Assembly: GCA_016748015.1 (NCBI GenBank)
Contig: JAAOMT010000602.1
Coordinates: 509,696 to 573,695 of the forward strand
Source: Geosiphon pyriformis uo1
Taxonomy: Eukaryota > Fungi > Glomeromycota
Length of the DNA stretch: 64,000 bases
Direction: 5' to 3'
The position numbers and the translations under genes are program-made. Of the stretch, positions 1 to 13,416 are shown piece after piece. The stretch's first letter is position 1. Each line of letters begins with the position of its first letter. The notes below the pieces were generated by a model. It was given only the letters and a program-made list of their open reading frames with translations. It searched no databases and was not told where the DNA came from.

Positions 1-871
1 GTTCTTTGGAATTGAGACTATCTGTAGACGAACGGGTAATATAGAGATTGACATTGAATTAAATATATTATTTTTTAGCAAATCGTTGGGTTGAGAATTT
101 ATAGCGAAACTTTGGAGGAAAAAAAATGCTCAACGATTTTTTACTGTCGAATTGTCAAGAACCGTTGATCAACCAGCATGACTCATGATGGTATCAATGT
201 ATAAATAGACCTTTGGACACAAAAATACTGTTAATGGGCTGAGAAACAATAAAACGAGTTAAAAACTAGTCTGTACAATGGGAGTAGATTTAAAGTTTCA
301 CGGAGATTATTTTTAATAAAACTTAAATGATATAAATTAAACAAAGCTGAAAATCTGATTTGCAAACCTTCCCATTTGGGTAGGTCTCGATCAATGCTTT
401 TTGTTGATCCCTGGAACGCTCGGATAAAATCTCGCGTTTCAAATTGGGCTAGCTGAATTTAGCTTTATTATTATTATAAAAAAACGAAAAAAGTTTTCCA
501 TATTAAATTAAAACAATAACTATGATTGTGTATAGAAAAATATTTTTGAGCCTTAAATTTCTCGTGAGTTTTATAAAGATTATTTTTAAATAATAGATTT
601 TTTAATCTTTTTTAAATGAAAAATTAGGTTTCAAAGTTTTTCAAAAATTGATATTATGTTATTGTACAGTCATTTTTTATGATTATTAAGAAAACAATTA
701 TTTACATTTTAGTTTAAACTTTAAAAACATAAATAATTTGGGTTTTAAAAACAATTTAAGGAATCATTAATAAGTTTAAAATATTAATCAACAATTATAT
801 ATTAATATTAATATATATTTACAATTAATTTAATTTTATATTTTAATATTTTATAAATTAAAATATATTAG

Positions 872-1610
872 TTTTACCCAACGGTCACTCGGAATGCGGG
901 CCTGCGTACGCATGCTATGAAGGCGTTACATGGAATTCTGCCGGTTGCCAAGAGACAGAAACTTTATGACAGGAGTTATCCCAGACTGATGTGTTTGAAG
1001 TGCAGCGAAATCGAGAGCTCTGATCACTCGTTCACCTGTGGGGCGGACGCCGATATTCGGGCAGAAATCGCTAGCGAATTATGGGATTTATGGAAGCCGA
1101 TAATGGGAGCATATCGAATTGAGTCGATTATTCTCAAGCAGTTACGGAATCAAATTCCTCAGTAGAAAGACAGGGATCTGGATGTTGATGTTAATCTTCA
1201 CATGTCATTTGCCAAGGGCTTTGTTTTCAGGGAGTGGTACAAGGAATCACTCAAACTCTTCAAGGATTGTAAGTTAGCCACGTCCAAAATTGTCGAGTTG
1301 GTAAGAAAATTTATGATCATGCATCGGGATCGGGTATGGCTTCCTCGCGCTGCGCTTAGGGCTAGTAACGAGAGGGATGGGTTGTTGTATCCAGTGATGC
1401 TGTGGCGAAAAAAGCACAGTTAGGTGTTGGTTTTCTTTATGGTCCTCATTGTGGAGGAACTTGACAACTTTAATTATTTACCCCCCCCCCCTTCCCTAGT
1501 GTAGTCTTGGCCGGCTCGGGGCGCGTGAATTGGGTCTATTGTAACGCATATACATGTAGGACCACACATTGTAACAGCAGTTATATAAAATTGTAAAAAA
1601 TCAAAAAAAA
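872..1610 (+). mobile_element. 5'-truncated 3' fragment of a divergent LINE (end of ORF2, 3' UTR, A-rich tail)
   Basis: Translation RTHAMKALHGILPVAKRQKLY..CLKC..DHSFTC..KGFVFREW..VWL matches the ORF2 C-termini at 2296-2900 and 61300-61947. An A-rich tail lies at ~1595-1610. Confidence 0.8.
917..1423 (+). pseudogene. LINE ORF2 C-terminal zinc-binding (CxxC-x7-H-x3-C, zf-RVT-like) region, interrupted
   Basis: ORFs 917-1165 and 1202-1423 are in the same frame, separated by a TAG. The CLKC...DHSFTC motif is present. Confidence 0.75.
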
Positions 1611-2295
1611 TCATCATTATTTAATACGTGTAATAAATATTGGTTATTAAAATTTATATTAGTTTATATATGTGTAAATATTTAAATTATATACTAATTA
1701 TATAATTTTATAAACTTATCAAAAAATGAATTAATGAATTGCTTATACTGTATATTTTGATTTATTAAATATAAATGAATAAAAATTATTTTAAAATCAT
1801 GTCTATATATAATTTTCACAAAAATAATGAACTATGTTTTTAAATATACATTAAAATTTTTAAAGATGAATTAATTGGCTGTTCATTATTTATAATATCC
1901 AAAGAACAGTTTTCTAGTATAATTTTAAAGATATTAAGATTAGTCTTAAATTACCAAATTTAAAATAAGTCAAAAATAAAAATAAAGTTTAATATTCCAA
2001 AACTACTTTAGAAAACTAATTTTTATTTATTATAGAAAATTGTTTATATATAATTTTAATATCACTTTTTTTAATTTTTAAAATATTTAAAAAAAACAAA
2101 AAAATTTGTCTTTAATATAATAGATCAATTTTTTTTTAAAGAAATATATCTTTTATTATTATTATTTTTTTTATTTCATTTAACAAGTAAAGTCCAAACA
2201 CTACTTAGAACCATACATCAAAGAAATGATCTAAACTAAGTGTGAATCATGCATTTTCTACATGTAACCAGTCATTCGAGCCAGTCAAAATGACA

Positions 2296-5200
2296 TTATG
2301 TACTTATATTAACAAAAACTGGGTCACCAATACCTGAAAAAAATGCACAAGACTTGTGAAAGCCAAAACAGACACCAAAAGCTTCAGCAACACCAAGCAA
2401 TTTAATCACACCAGCTGAGAATCCCAAAACCAAACCAGAAATTGAGATGGGAATTGAGCCATCTACTGGGATTAGGCCATTTTTTTCCATAAATATGTGA
2501 TGCTTAGCATGAACCAACCAAACGTCATTCCTAAAAGCAAGACAAATAAAGTGCACAAAATCAGCAATCTTAACACCAGCAATTTTGGGATTATGGAAGA
2601 TGAAAATAGTCTTTTGAAGCCATCTATTGAAAACAAAACTCTTGTAAAGGGCTGAGAAAACTGGAAAGTCTAAAACACAGATTGACATCAGCTGCAACAC
2701 ACCTGAAGAAAGAAAAGAGAGACCAGAAAGTGCTCTTTGAAGACATACAAGATTCCAAGACTTGACAACAAGCTGAATTATCAACCATACAAGAAAACAC
2801 ATGATTGGACACCTCTACCTTTCCACAATATAGACACAGAACACTAGAGTAATATTTATTATAAATATGCTTTTGAACAGCCATGGGAAGCTGTCAGTGT
2901 AAAGCCTTTATAAGGTAAGTTTGAGTATTAGCAGTGAGCCTGCTAGTGAAACCAGTGGCCATATGTAAATCAGAGTGCCAAATCTTGGAAGAACAAAGCC
3001 AATCAACATCTGAATGCAAATCACTATCTAGAAATTCAGAACCAGAACTAACTTCCTAATATGCACAACAAACAACATGAAAAACATCATGAACAAAGTG
3101 CCTAGAATTACCAGAAACAACACCACCATTCGCCAACAAAAAATGTTTACAAACATGAGAAGGAAGATACCAACCAGAGAAAGATACAGCATCAGCAATA
3201 CTATCAGCATAATCATTTTCCGAGATACCAGAGTGGCCCTTGATCTTGTGCCAATTAACTCTTAAATTTTTTCTGCAAATAACATTCCTAATATGCTGAC
3301 ACTTGACCCAACACCAATTGTGAAAATCAGGACACACTAGGTTAGATTCTGACTTGCAAACATCCAATGCTGCCTGACTATCCGAAAACAGATAAACAGA
3401 ACAAGCCACAAGCATGCACTCCAAAACCAATGCTATAGCCTGCAGCTCCATCAAAGTGAATGACAATAAGCCATAAATACTAACACCCAAACCCAAATTA
3501 ATGTCTTCAAAAAAGGCAGCAGCTCCAGCCCTATAACCAATTGTGCCTAAATTCTTTAATAAGTTATTCATGTACACAAACAAGCTATTAGTGCCAATCT
3601 AATAAAGACAATCACAGATAGACACAAAATCATTAGAACCACAAATGTCCAGAGGGCCAACACCAGCTGACACCAATAGAGAAGAATAAAGAGCCACAAG
3701 AAATACAACAGAAAGTTTGAACCATTTGGGAACTAGACCATTAGGGTCCAGCCTCTTCCATTTTTTAAAGATGCGCCAGCTAAATACACTACCATTACAA
3801 TCATGAAGCTGGTCTATAAAGGCAATACCATAACGCTGAAGAGAAGATAAAAACTTGCAAAACAAAGATTCCCCAAGAACAACTAACATAGGTACCCCAC
3901 TATGAAACTGGAAAGAGCTGGCCAAAGAGCTGGCCAAAGATAACTTGCAATCAAAAAGAATGTGAACCATACCAGTTAAGAAGTTATTAGAAGCATTGAC
4001 ACAAAAATGAGCAGAAGAAACCAACGGATAAACAAGTTGCCAACACAGAACCTATAAGTCATAAGACCTGTGACTGAATAAATGCCCCAAAATTCTGTCA
4101 GAGTTTACAAAACTAATAAGTAAAGCAACCTTGCCCTCAGATTGACACTGTGAAAAAGACTTCAAACCATAAAAAGAAGAGTGGTGAATTGTATCACTAG
4201 GAAAGTCCAGTGGAAGACCAGATTTCAGCTTCAAGCCCTTACAAATTAAAGCATTCTATTTGTTGTATACACCAACAAGAACAAAGCTAAACTGTGTTCT
4301 AAAGCTAACAATAGGATGAAAAACCACTGAAACCAAATACAAAAACTGTTTATCCAAGACAGTTTTCTTCAAAACCAAATTAGTGAAAAAACAAACATCT
4401 GAATGCACTCTTACTAAACTAGGTTTAGAAAAGCCCTCAGTTGAAAGAAAAATACCCAAGTATTGATGAGACTCCCCCTTTTTGGTGACTAAAATAGGCA
4501 GACCACTGATAGAAAGAAAAAGATTGCTGACCCTGCTGTTAATAGGAATCACCACTGTTTTGTCATTGTTAATTGAGATATTGTTGATCTGAAAAAATTT
4601 ACTGGCAATATTGAGAATATGTTGAGTAGCGCTTTGACTGCTACCAATTCAAATTGTATCATTAACAAAGACACCAGCAGCAAAAAGATAGAATGCCCAG
4701 CCCAAGATTTGGCACAACCATTTTTGGAAATAAAATGAGAATTCAGCCTATATCTACATATACTCTCCTGACACCTGACTTTATACAACAAAAGATCATA
4801 AAATATCCACCACAAAAAAAGAGAGAAAACTTCTCCTTGATCCAGATCATTATGTACATGATAACCATCTGTCAAACTAAAATCTGTCATAACTCAGTTG
4901 GTACAATTATTGTGAATGTTGCCAAAAAAATGAATGAACTTGCTACATATCTTAATCTTGATCAAACTATTTTTGAGATGTTTCTAGCCAACCAAATTAT
5001 ATGCTTTTTGCATGTCCTGCAAAACCAGTCAAAGCTCTCGGTCCTTTTCCAAAACATCTTCTATCACTGAACCAATTGCAAAAATAGAAAACTGAGTTGT
5101 CATACCCTTTAAAACCAAGAAATTGGCCCCATAAAGAACATTAAAAACACTATATGCTGAGAAGATCTTATCAAAAAAAATCTTAAAAAAAATCTTACGA

Positions 5201-6972
5201 GCCATTTTGATCAAAGCAATAGGACAAGTATTGGTTAAAACACTCTTCTATTTATATGGTTTGGGAATTATCAAAATCCAGACCTCTTTCCAAGAACCAG
5301 GCACTGATTTACCAGACAGACAAAAGTTTAAAATCAACAAGAGCATATTCAAAACAGACTTATTGTAATGTTTTCAGAATTCATTTGAGATACTAGACAA
5401 ATCAGCAGCTTTGCTATCAGGCAAATCAGAAACCACCCCAAAGAATTCATCAAAACCAATCGAACATATTACATCAGAAAAGACTTCATCAAAAACGTAT
5501 TCCAAAGGTTGATATTGATGATGCTAATCAAATAAGATATTATCAGCCACATGATGCTTCCTGGTCTATCTCTCTATTATTACATCCACCTTAGATTTAA
5601 CCAAATCAGGTTCCAAAATCAGATCATCATTAACTACTAGATGATTTAGCACTACTTTACGAAATAGATGCTTCAGCACACTCCTGATCATATGACCCTT
5701 GTTGACCTTAAAGCTCTCCATCCTTTTATCAATGGCAGATCTGATGTTTGCTTCTTTAGCTTTCAGAGATTCAGTAAGTTTGAAAGCATGATAAGACTTC
5801 TTAGCACTAAAAAGAGCAGAACAAATACGATCAGAACCAGCACCAGAATTCACCAGATCTTGAACAACAGAAGACTTGACATTGTCCACAAAACTCCAGC
5901 ATTCTATAAGATAAACAAAGTTCCCAGCATCTTCCTTACGTAAAGCCTTGACAATCCTAAAAACCAAAAGCTCCAATTTATGAAATTTTAAAGAATTTTT
6001 GGTGAAAATTTCATCAAACCCTTTGAACAATCTTTTTTTGAAAATTTTATTAGCCAAAAGAGTCATAATTTTGCGCACAACACACCATATAGCATCCAAA
6101 TCCAAGAACTTTACAGATGCAGCAAATTCACCTGAAAACAATGTAGTATTGGCCAGTATAGAACTTTTAAAATTATTCTATTTAATTTCATTAGCACTCT
6201 TGAAATTGAACTTTCATCGATCTTTATTCATCTGTTTGTGAAGAGAGTTTAATTTTGCATCTAAAAGGCCACCCAAACTCAAAGACACAGAAACAGCTTT
6301 GTGATCTATATCAAAATGTTCACTAACAACAAAAACATTGCACTGTATTATCGCATTCACCAGATTTGAGGAAACAAACACATAATCAATTGTCTTGACA
6401 ACACCCCAAGAATTGCTCCAAGTTGGTGTCTTAGCAAAGGAGCTCCCACCCAAAGAATTAATCAAACCCAAATCATGGCACTTTTTAAAACTAGTGCACT
6501 TATGAGAACCATCTTCATTAAAGTTATCACCAAGAATGACAAAAGAAGATTCATTTATAGCTCTCACAATCAAGGAATTGATCTCATCAGCCTGGAAAAA
6601 TTGAGTAGTCAAGGAGGCACCAGTATATAGCCCCAGAATTGAAACCAAAAGTTTATTTTTGAAAAGTAACCTAATGCAGAGAAGACAACCTGGGACCTCA
6701 GAAATCTTATACACATGTCTAGCCAAAAATCTGTTCATAACTATTACGACACCAGCACCTACATAGCCAAAATCCAAATCAGAAGAAAACATGCAAACAT
6801 CATCAAATTTGTCAACCAACCAAGGACGAGCCTTATTTCTTAACTTTGTTTCTGTAAAAATCGAAACCAAATTGTTTATATCTTTATGCCAATGAACAAT
6901 ATCATCCTGTTTTGCAGGAATGTTCATACCTTTAACATTGCATGTAGCAACTCTCTACATGAGATCACTTAT
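2296..6972 (-). pseudogene. LINE-1 ORF2: apurinic-type endonuclease, reverse transcriptase, RNase H, C-terminal Zn finger
   Basis: APE motifs ATCNV, ETKL, GDNFN, IDYVF, DIDH. RT motifs DQGEVFS and YLGIFLS. RNase H motifs ELQAI, SDSQ, KIKGHSG, NDYADSIA. C-terminal CLYC..NHVFSC. Confidence 0.92.
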
Positions 6973-8759
6973 TGAGAAGAAGTTAGGGAAGTGGCACCAC
7001 CAGCCAAAGCCAAACTATCAAAGTGAGCAGACAAGCTCAACACAGACCTGGAGAGACCATCCAGCATTTTTTCCAGTTTGACAACATGAGAGAATGCCAT
7101 CAAGTTCACAATCAGATCAATCTTGTCACTAGTGGCTTCACCCAAATCTACTCCCATCACTATATCCTCCCCTTAATTCTGTGATGCAAGAGACCACTGG
7201 CAGCTGACATTCAGGACTAGACTGGGAAACTGTCAGCATGAGTGACTCCAACCTCTTAGCCAACTCACTAATCTGTTCCATGAGGCTGACAAAACTGCTT
7301 TTAATACTGACCAAACATGATTCCAGGTTGTCCACAACCAGAGAAAGGGGTTTACCAATTTTATTGAAACCAAAAGACATACCAGCACCATGAAAAGTGT
7401 ACACAGAAGAAACACCAATTACTAATGTCCAAGTTTTATCACCGAAAGCCAAAGGACGAGAAATAGGCACAGACTTTTTCGCATAAATCCTAGCCAATCT
7501 GAGCTGGTCTTAAGCCAAAAGGGAAGCCTTTCTACTACCCAGAGCTACAGCATTCTTAACTGACTGACAACTAAGAAATGTATGACCAAAACATTTGCAA
7601 ACTGTACATAAAGCCTGAGAAAGACGAGACCAGTGGAGACCAACACCTTTTATAACTGGAGTTGCTGTCATAGCACCAACTAAATTTGATTTAGAGTTAA
7701 AGCACACAATGGCACAGTGGGCACAAGAATAACTGACAGAATTATGATCAATGAAGCAAGTCTTCCCACCAACAGAACCAATAAAATCCCACAAATCATA
7801 AGCAGTAGTTCTCACAGAAAGAGTATACAACAAAGCTCTGAAACTATCTCAGGCATCCCACAAATATTTGTCGATATTAGTTCTGGCCACTCATATTGCA
7901 TCTTTCCCGATTAGGATGGACTATTTGGCAGCTAATAAATTAGCCTGATTCTGATCTTCCAATTCGATGATTGCTTTTTGCCACAAACCTACTAGTTGCA
8001 TTTTGATCATCTTAATTATCCCAAATTCAAACACAGCCGTGTGCACAGCCTCTACAGATGTTCTTACTGGGATTTTTTTTAGCACAATAGCCTGATTTGT
8101 ATGATTGTTGCTAGGGTGCTTGAGATCAGTGTTTACCACAACACCATGATTATTTGCTAATTTAGCTGTGGCCATCATCACTTCTTTTGAAGTGAAAGTT
8201 ATATGAATGATTCCACCAAATTTTGAGGAAGTAAAAGCCTCCCCAAAACCATTCACACCTAAAAAAATTTTTCTGATAAAACTTAATTTTTCCTAAAAAG
8301 ACTTCCCAATAATGGCCACAAGATCAATATCTAAAGCAAAAAACTTGCAAACAGATACTTGAATAGACAGTTTGATAGGAAGAAGGGCAGGAAAGAGAAG
8401 AAATCATCCAAGACATTATTACCTGCATTGACAGTATTGTAATCAATCACACCCAATGGCTTCTCCAACACTTTTTTGGTCTTTACACACAAACTCTTTG
8501 GCATTTGATCAAAATCTCCTTCTGTGAAAGTACCACTCTCACCATAGTTAACACTGGTTTCTTTAACCAAGCACTTTTCCTCCATGTCAATACTCTCAAA
8601 CTCAATAGTGTCACCAGTTTTAGAACCTCATGAACAAGCACCAAAAGCTTCAGCAGCAACCTTATTATTATCAACACTCTCTTCCAATACACCTCCCTTC
8701 CTTGATGCAACAGCTTTGAAACCACCATCAGAACCAAAAACTTTAAAAGTCTTCTTTAT
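6969..8759 (-). pseudogene. LINE-1 ORF1 (two RRM-like domains, CCHC zinc knuckle, coiled-coil C-terminus)
   Basis: AIVLKKIPV..EFGIIKMIKMQLVGLWQKAIIE, LYTLSVRTTAYDLWDF..CAIVCF and CTVCKCFGHTFLSC are present. Many stops interrupt the frame. Confidence 0.8.
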
Positions 8760-9477
8760 AACAGCAATAACAAAGCCAATAATGGCTTTGTAATCGAAAA
8801 ACAGTTTTAATTTATCATACTAAATGGTAAAAAACTTCTTTCAAAAAAACTTTTGACTCTTTTTTAGGAATTTTGGATGAAGAAGAGAAAGAAGTTTTTT
8901 ATTATTATTTTTTAGTATTAAAAACATTAATTATTACAAATCAAATAAATATTTAAAAAAAAAACAAATTTTTTTACAATTAATTATTTGAAAATTATTG
9001 TTAAAATTATAAATTATTATTAACTTTAGTAAACAAAATTAGTTATTTTAAATCTGAAAAAAAAAATTTTTTTAATTAAGATTTTTATATAAAAATAAAC
9101 TTTTATTAGTAAGTAATTATACTAATTTATTAATATAAAATTAATTATTTTATTGTAAACTTAATATTTATAAATCAAAAATATAAAAAAATACTTTTAA
9201 AATTATATATTAAAAGTTTAACAGTTTTTATTATAAATTTTTTTGTTTTAAAATTAGCAATTATTACCAGTAGTAATATAATAATAATAAATTAACTAAA
9301 GATATTACTTTAATTTTATTAATAACAATTTTATATAAAAGCCAAAATTAAGGTTAAAAATATTAAAAACTTAAATAATAAGACAAATTTATCTTTAAAA
9401 TATAAATATTAATATTGCAAAAAAAATAAAATTTTTTTTAATAATTAATAATAATTATAAAATAAATAAAATACATA

Positions 9478-12462
9478 AAAACTTTCTTTTTTTTTATGGC
9501 TTAAATTTTTTTATTTTTTTTGTTGTTTTTTTTTAATATTTTTCAAGCAAATAATTTTTTTGTAATAGACTTGATAACTATTTTTAATAACAATATATCT
9601 AAGAAAAAGATGTCTAAAAAAGCTTTTTATAAATCTATAAAAGATTTTTTATCTTAAAAAAAAAGTTTTTGTAGGTAATATTAAGTATTTTAATAATAAT
9701 AAAAATATTTTTTTGGTTAAATCTGGTTCTAGTAATAGTATATATTCAGACATGAATAATAAATCTAATGACAATAAAATTAATAATATTTTAGTAAGTG
9801 TTAATAATAGTTTTTTTTTTGGTTTAACAGCAACAATTCCTAAAACTAAAAAAGTTTATATTAACTTAAAATATAATTTACCTATTGGTACAATTAACTT
9901 TAATATGAATAATAATAAAAAACCTTTTTTTCCTTCTTAACATCTCTTTAAACAAGAGATAGATTGATTCTAAAATGGTAAAAACTTAAGTGAAAATAGC
10001 TATTAGAAAATTTTTTGCTTTAAATATCAATTTTTTGATTATAAAAAACAAATTAGTAATGACCAAAACTCAAGCAATTAAAAAAGTTTTTCAACAGTTA
10101 ATGGTTTTGAGAAAACTAATACTTTCTTAAAATTTGAAAAAATTATCAAATCTACATTTACATCAAAGAAAAGCATAAAAAAAACTATGTTATTAATCAT
10201 AAAAAAAAGTATTATTGTAAATAATAATCTTAAAAAACAAAAAGTACATTCAGATTGGACTGTAATATTTAAAAAAATTTCTATAGACATGTTAAAAAAA
10301 TAATTATTACTGTAGTAGTCAAATATAATCAGATAGTATTAATTAAATTGCAACTTATTGAAATATAACAGAAGACTATAATAAAATTTGCTAAATTAAA
10401 TCAAACTAATTAATTAATATCTAAGTGGTCTTTTTTAATTAAAAAAAATTTAGTATATGTAATCAAAGCTGTAGAAAATTATGATATTTAAATGTCTAAA
10501 AATTGGTTTAAAACACTTTTATTTACTTTGTCTATAAAAACAACAGCTTATAATCTGAGCATTTTATTAAAAGAGGCTGGTAAAAAAACTTGTATTATTA
10601 ATTGGTCATTTGAAACTGGCAATAAGATTTATTGTGTTATAGTTGGTTTTAAATTGAAAAATGATTTGGAATTGGTTTTTTACACAGAATTTATTTTTAG
10701 TAATATAAAGCTTTTTTGAATTAAGTTGGATCTGATTAAATATAAAAAATATGAGTTTTTTGAATATTCTGTTTTAAAATATAATACAGTTAATACATCT
10801 AATTGTCTGTCTTTAAAAAATTATAAAAAAGTTATTTTAAACAAATACTATCTTTAATTAGCAAAGTTGTATGCTAAGAAAAGTGTTTTTATCTCACATT
10901 CTGCTATTTTTAGTAACAAATTATAAACTTAAGTAGTTTTTTTGGCTTTTCTTTCTGATAATTTTTTCTCTGATTCTGGTTTTAGTTTTTCTGTTTCTAA
11001 TATTCTGCATGATATTAAAATTCTTTTTTTTTAATAGAATGTTTTATTTATTAAAACTTATCTGGTTTTCTTGGAATGCTTATTAAAATTGCTAAATAAC
11101 TAGATTTTTAAAGTTGTATACAGATTAAGTAATATAGAATTAATTTTTCTAGCTTTTACCTTTTAACTTTTTATTCTAACTTCTTCTTTGGTGTTGAATC
11201 CCAGTTTAAATTCAAACATAGTTATAAATAACTTTTAGAATTTGTTTTTATCTCTTTTACTAATGGCAATTAAAGTTTTAAATCTGAGTTCAAACAGCCT
11301 TAAGATTTTAACAGCCAAGATGAGTAGACTAGAATTGAAAGTGATTGTTTTTAAAGATACTATTGGCTTAATTTTGGCTAAATTAAATCAATTGTGTACT
11401 GGTTTAAATTTTTCAAAAATTTTTTCATTTCAATATTTGATTTAATTTAAAAATTTACTACATATAATGTTCAAAATATCAATATCTCTGTTAAATAAAA
11501 AAATTTTGTTTATTGACATACAAATTTGGATAATATAATTTCTATTATTATAAAAACAAAATTGAGATCTAGTATTAAGCTATGAATTATAAATAAGTTC
11601 AATAAGATATGAATTTTTATCTTTGGTTTAAATAAAAGTTTTTTTGGTGCTAAAGTGGTTATTATTGTAAACAAGTTTTTCATTTAGTATGTTTTAAAGA
11701 TAGAAATAGTTTCTAATCATATTATTTTAATATGGCTTCTGTTTAAAAATAAACTCTTAATTACGATTTTGGATTTGTATGCTGGTGTTTTTACTAAAAC
11801 ATGGTTTAATTAGACTTTAAAAATTAACTTTTTTATTGCTAAAGCAGTCAACTTTAGCACTTTTGTGGTTTTGAATAAAGATTTTAATAAAAATAAGTTT
11901 AAAAAAAGTGCAAGTTTTAAGTTTTGTTTGAATTTGGATTTGGTTAATGCATTTAATAAGTATTTATTGATTAAGACCTCCATTTAAAGCAACTCAAAAA
12001 GTGTTAAAAAGATTATAGATTATATTTTTGTAAGTAAAAATTTGTTATTTACAGTTGTAAATCATAGAATTAAATCTGTTTTTAATTTTTTTGACACTAA
12101 TTACAAGACAGTTTTAGTTTTAATTAGGTTAAATAGTCTTTTAAATATTCGTTTAAATAGCATATGCAAACAAGCTAATAAAAATTATTGAAAGTTTAAG
12201 ATAAAAAATGCAAATAGTGCTAAATAGACAAGCTTTAAAAAGTATTCTGTTATAAAGTTTTTAGTAAAAATAGATGAGTTCAAAAATACAAGAAATCCGA
12301 ATAATCTAAATACAATATAAGAAATACTAAGAGGTATAGTAATAGAATTAGCTAATGTAGTGTTTTTTAAGCATTAATACAACAAGTTTAATTGTTTAAA
12401 AAACAGACTTTTTTTAAAAATTTTTAGATTAAAGTTGTTAATTATCAAGATAATAAAGATAG
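9478..12462 (+). mobile_element. Old, heavily mutated LINE-2, 5' piece (5' UTR, ORF1, APE domain of ORF2), cut by LTR element E
   Basis: Fragments such as KTLLFTLSIKTTAYNL..KKTCIINW..YCVIVGF are homologous to LINE-1 ORF1. APE-like sequence spans 11450-12150. The 5' end AAAAACTTTC resembles those of LINE-1 and LINE-3. Confidence 0.85.
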
Positions 12463-13416
12463 TATTATTTATAAAAATTAAGAATATTGTATAGTTAGAA
12501 GATTAGCCAATTAGAAGTAAGTATAGTAAAAAAGGAATTCCAGGATTCTTCTAAAAAAATTGCAGGATTCCAGAATTCTAGAATACTAGAATTCTTAGTA
12601 AGAGATTGCAAGATTTCAGAATTCTTCTGAAAGAATTGCAGGATTTTAGAAATCTTGTATAATACTAACTATGTATATATAGCAATAGTATTAGAAGCAA
12701 AAAAAGCATTCAAAATTCGGTTCAATTCTAGTTTAGCATTTTTTTTCTTATCTATTAACTAATTCTTACTTTATAAATAGTTAATATCCACTAAAGTAAA
12801 TTCATCTACAAAATATCAAATAAAACATATTTATTATCATTTAATTCATGTTGCTATTATTTATTTGAGAATCTAATCACTTTTTTATTTATCAACCCTT
12901 TATGTTGATAATATCCAACACTTAATTATACTGAAATAATAGCTCTTGATTATGGCTATTGACAAGATATTAATTTCTTTTTTTCTTTTATTTTCTTTTT
13001 ATTTCTTTTTATTTTCTTTTATTTTATTGTTTTATTGATTTACTAACTAATTAAAGAGATTAAGTGCTGAATAATTGATGTTAAAAGAACTAGTAAAAAA
13101 TTTAGAAATAAGAGTAGATAACTCGAAATTTGAGAATAGCTTATCAGAGAACCAGCCACCAAGCTAAAAAAAAAATTGACAGAATAAAACATTTTGGAAG
13201 ACTATGGACATCAAAGCATACCAACTCAAAGGTTGGAAAAGAAACTAGAAACATTACCAAAAGATATTACCATTAAATTTTTGTTTATTATATAAAGAAC
13301 TCAACCAAAACCTTCAGATACCAAAACTTTTAGATTTACCAATATTATTCAATTATTGAATACCAAATTATGGATTTGTTATTTATTTTAAACCACCCAA
13401 ATAATTACCTGTAACA
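12463..13416 (+). repeat. 5' LTR of element E
   Basis: Decayed TGTTAC start and GTAACA end. Homologous to LTRs of A, B and D, and closest to F. Confidence 0.85.

Larger units (their letters stand above)
2164..8896 (-). mobile_element. Full-length degenerate non-LTR retrotransposon LINE-1 (ORF1 + APE-RT-RNaseH-CCHC ORF2)
   Basis: The 5' UTR (8760-8896) matches 45443-45587 and the 3' UTR/A-tail (2164-2295) matches 61948-62079. Candidate low-complexity TSD TTTTATTATTATT at 2151-2163 and 8897-8909. Confidence 0.93.

Noticed and set aside
857-1665. ATTAAAAT(TT)ATATTAGTTT on both sides of the LINE fragment as a TSD
   Set aside because: It is low complexity and imperfect, and lies ~35 nt beyond the A-tail.
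8900-9477. Extremely AT-rich spacers (also 460-870, 1620-2150) as satellites, origins or MITEs
   Set aside because: I see no periodic unit or terminal inverted repeats. They may be fully decayed TE sequence, but this cannot be supported.
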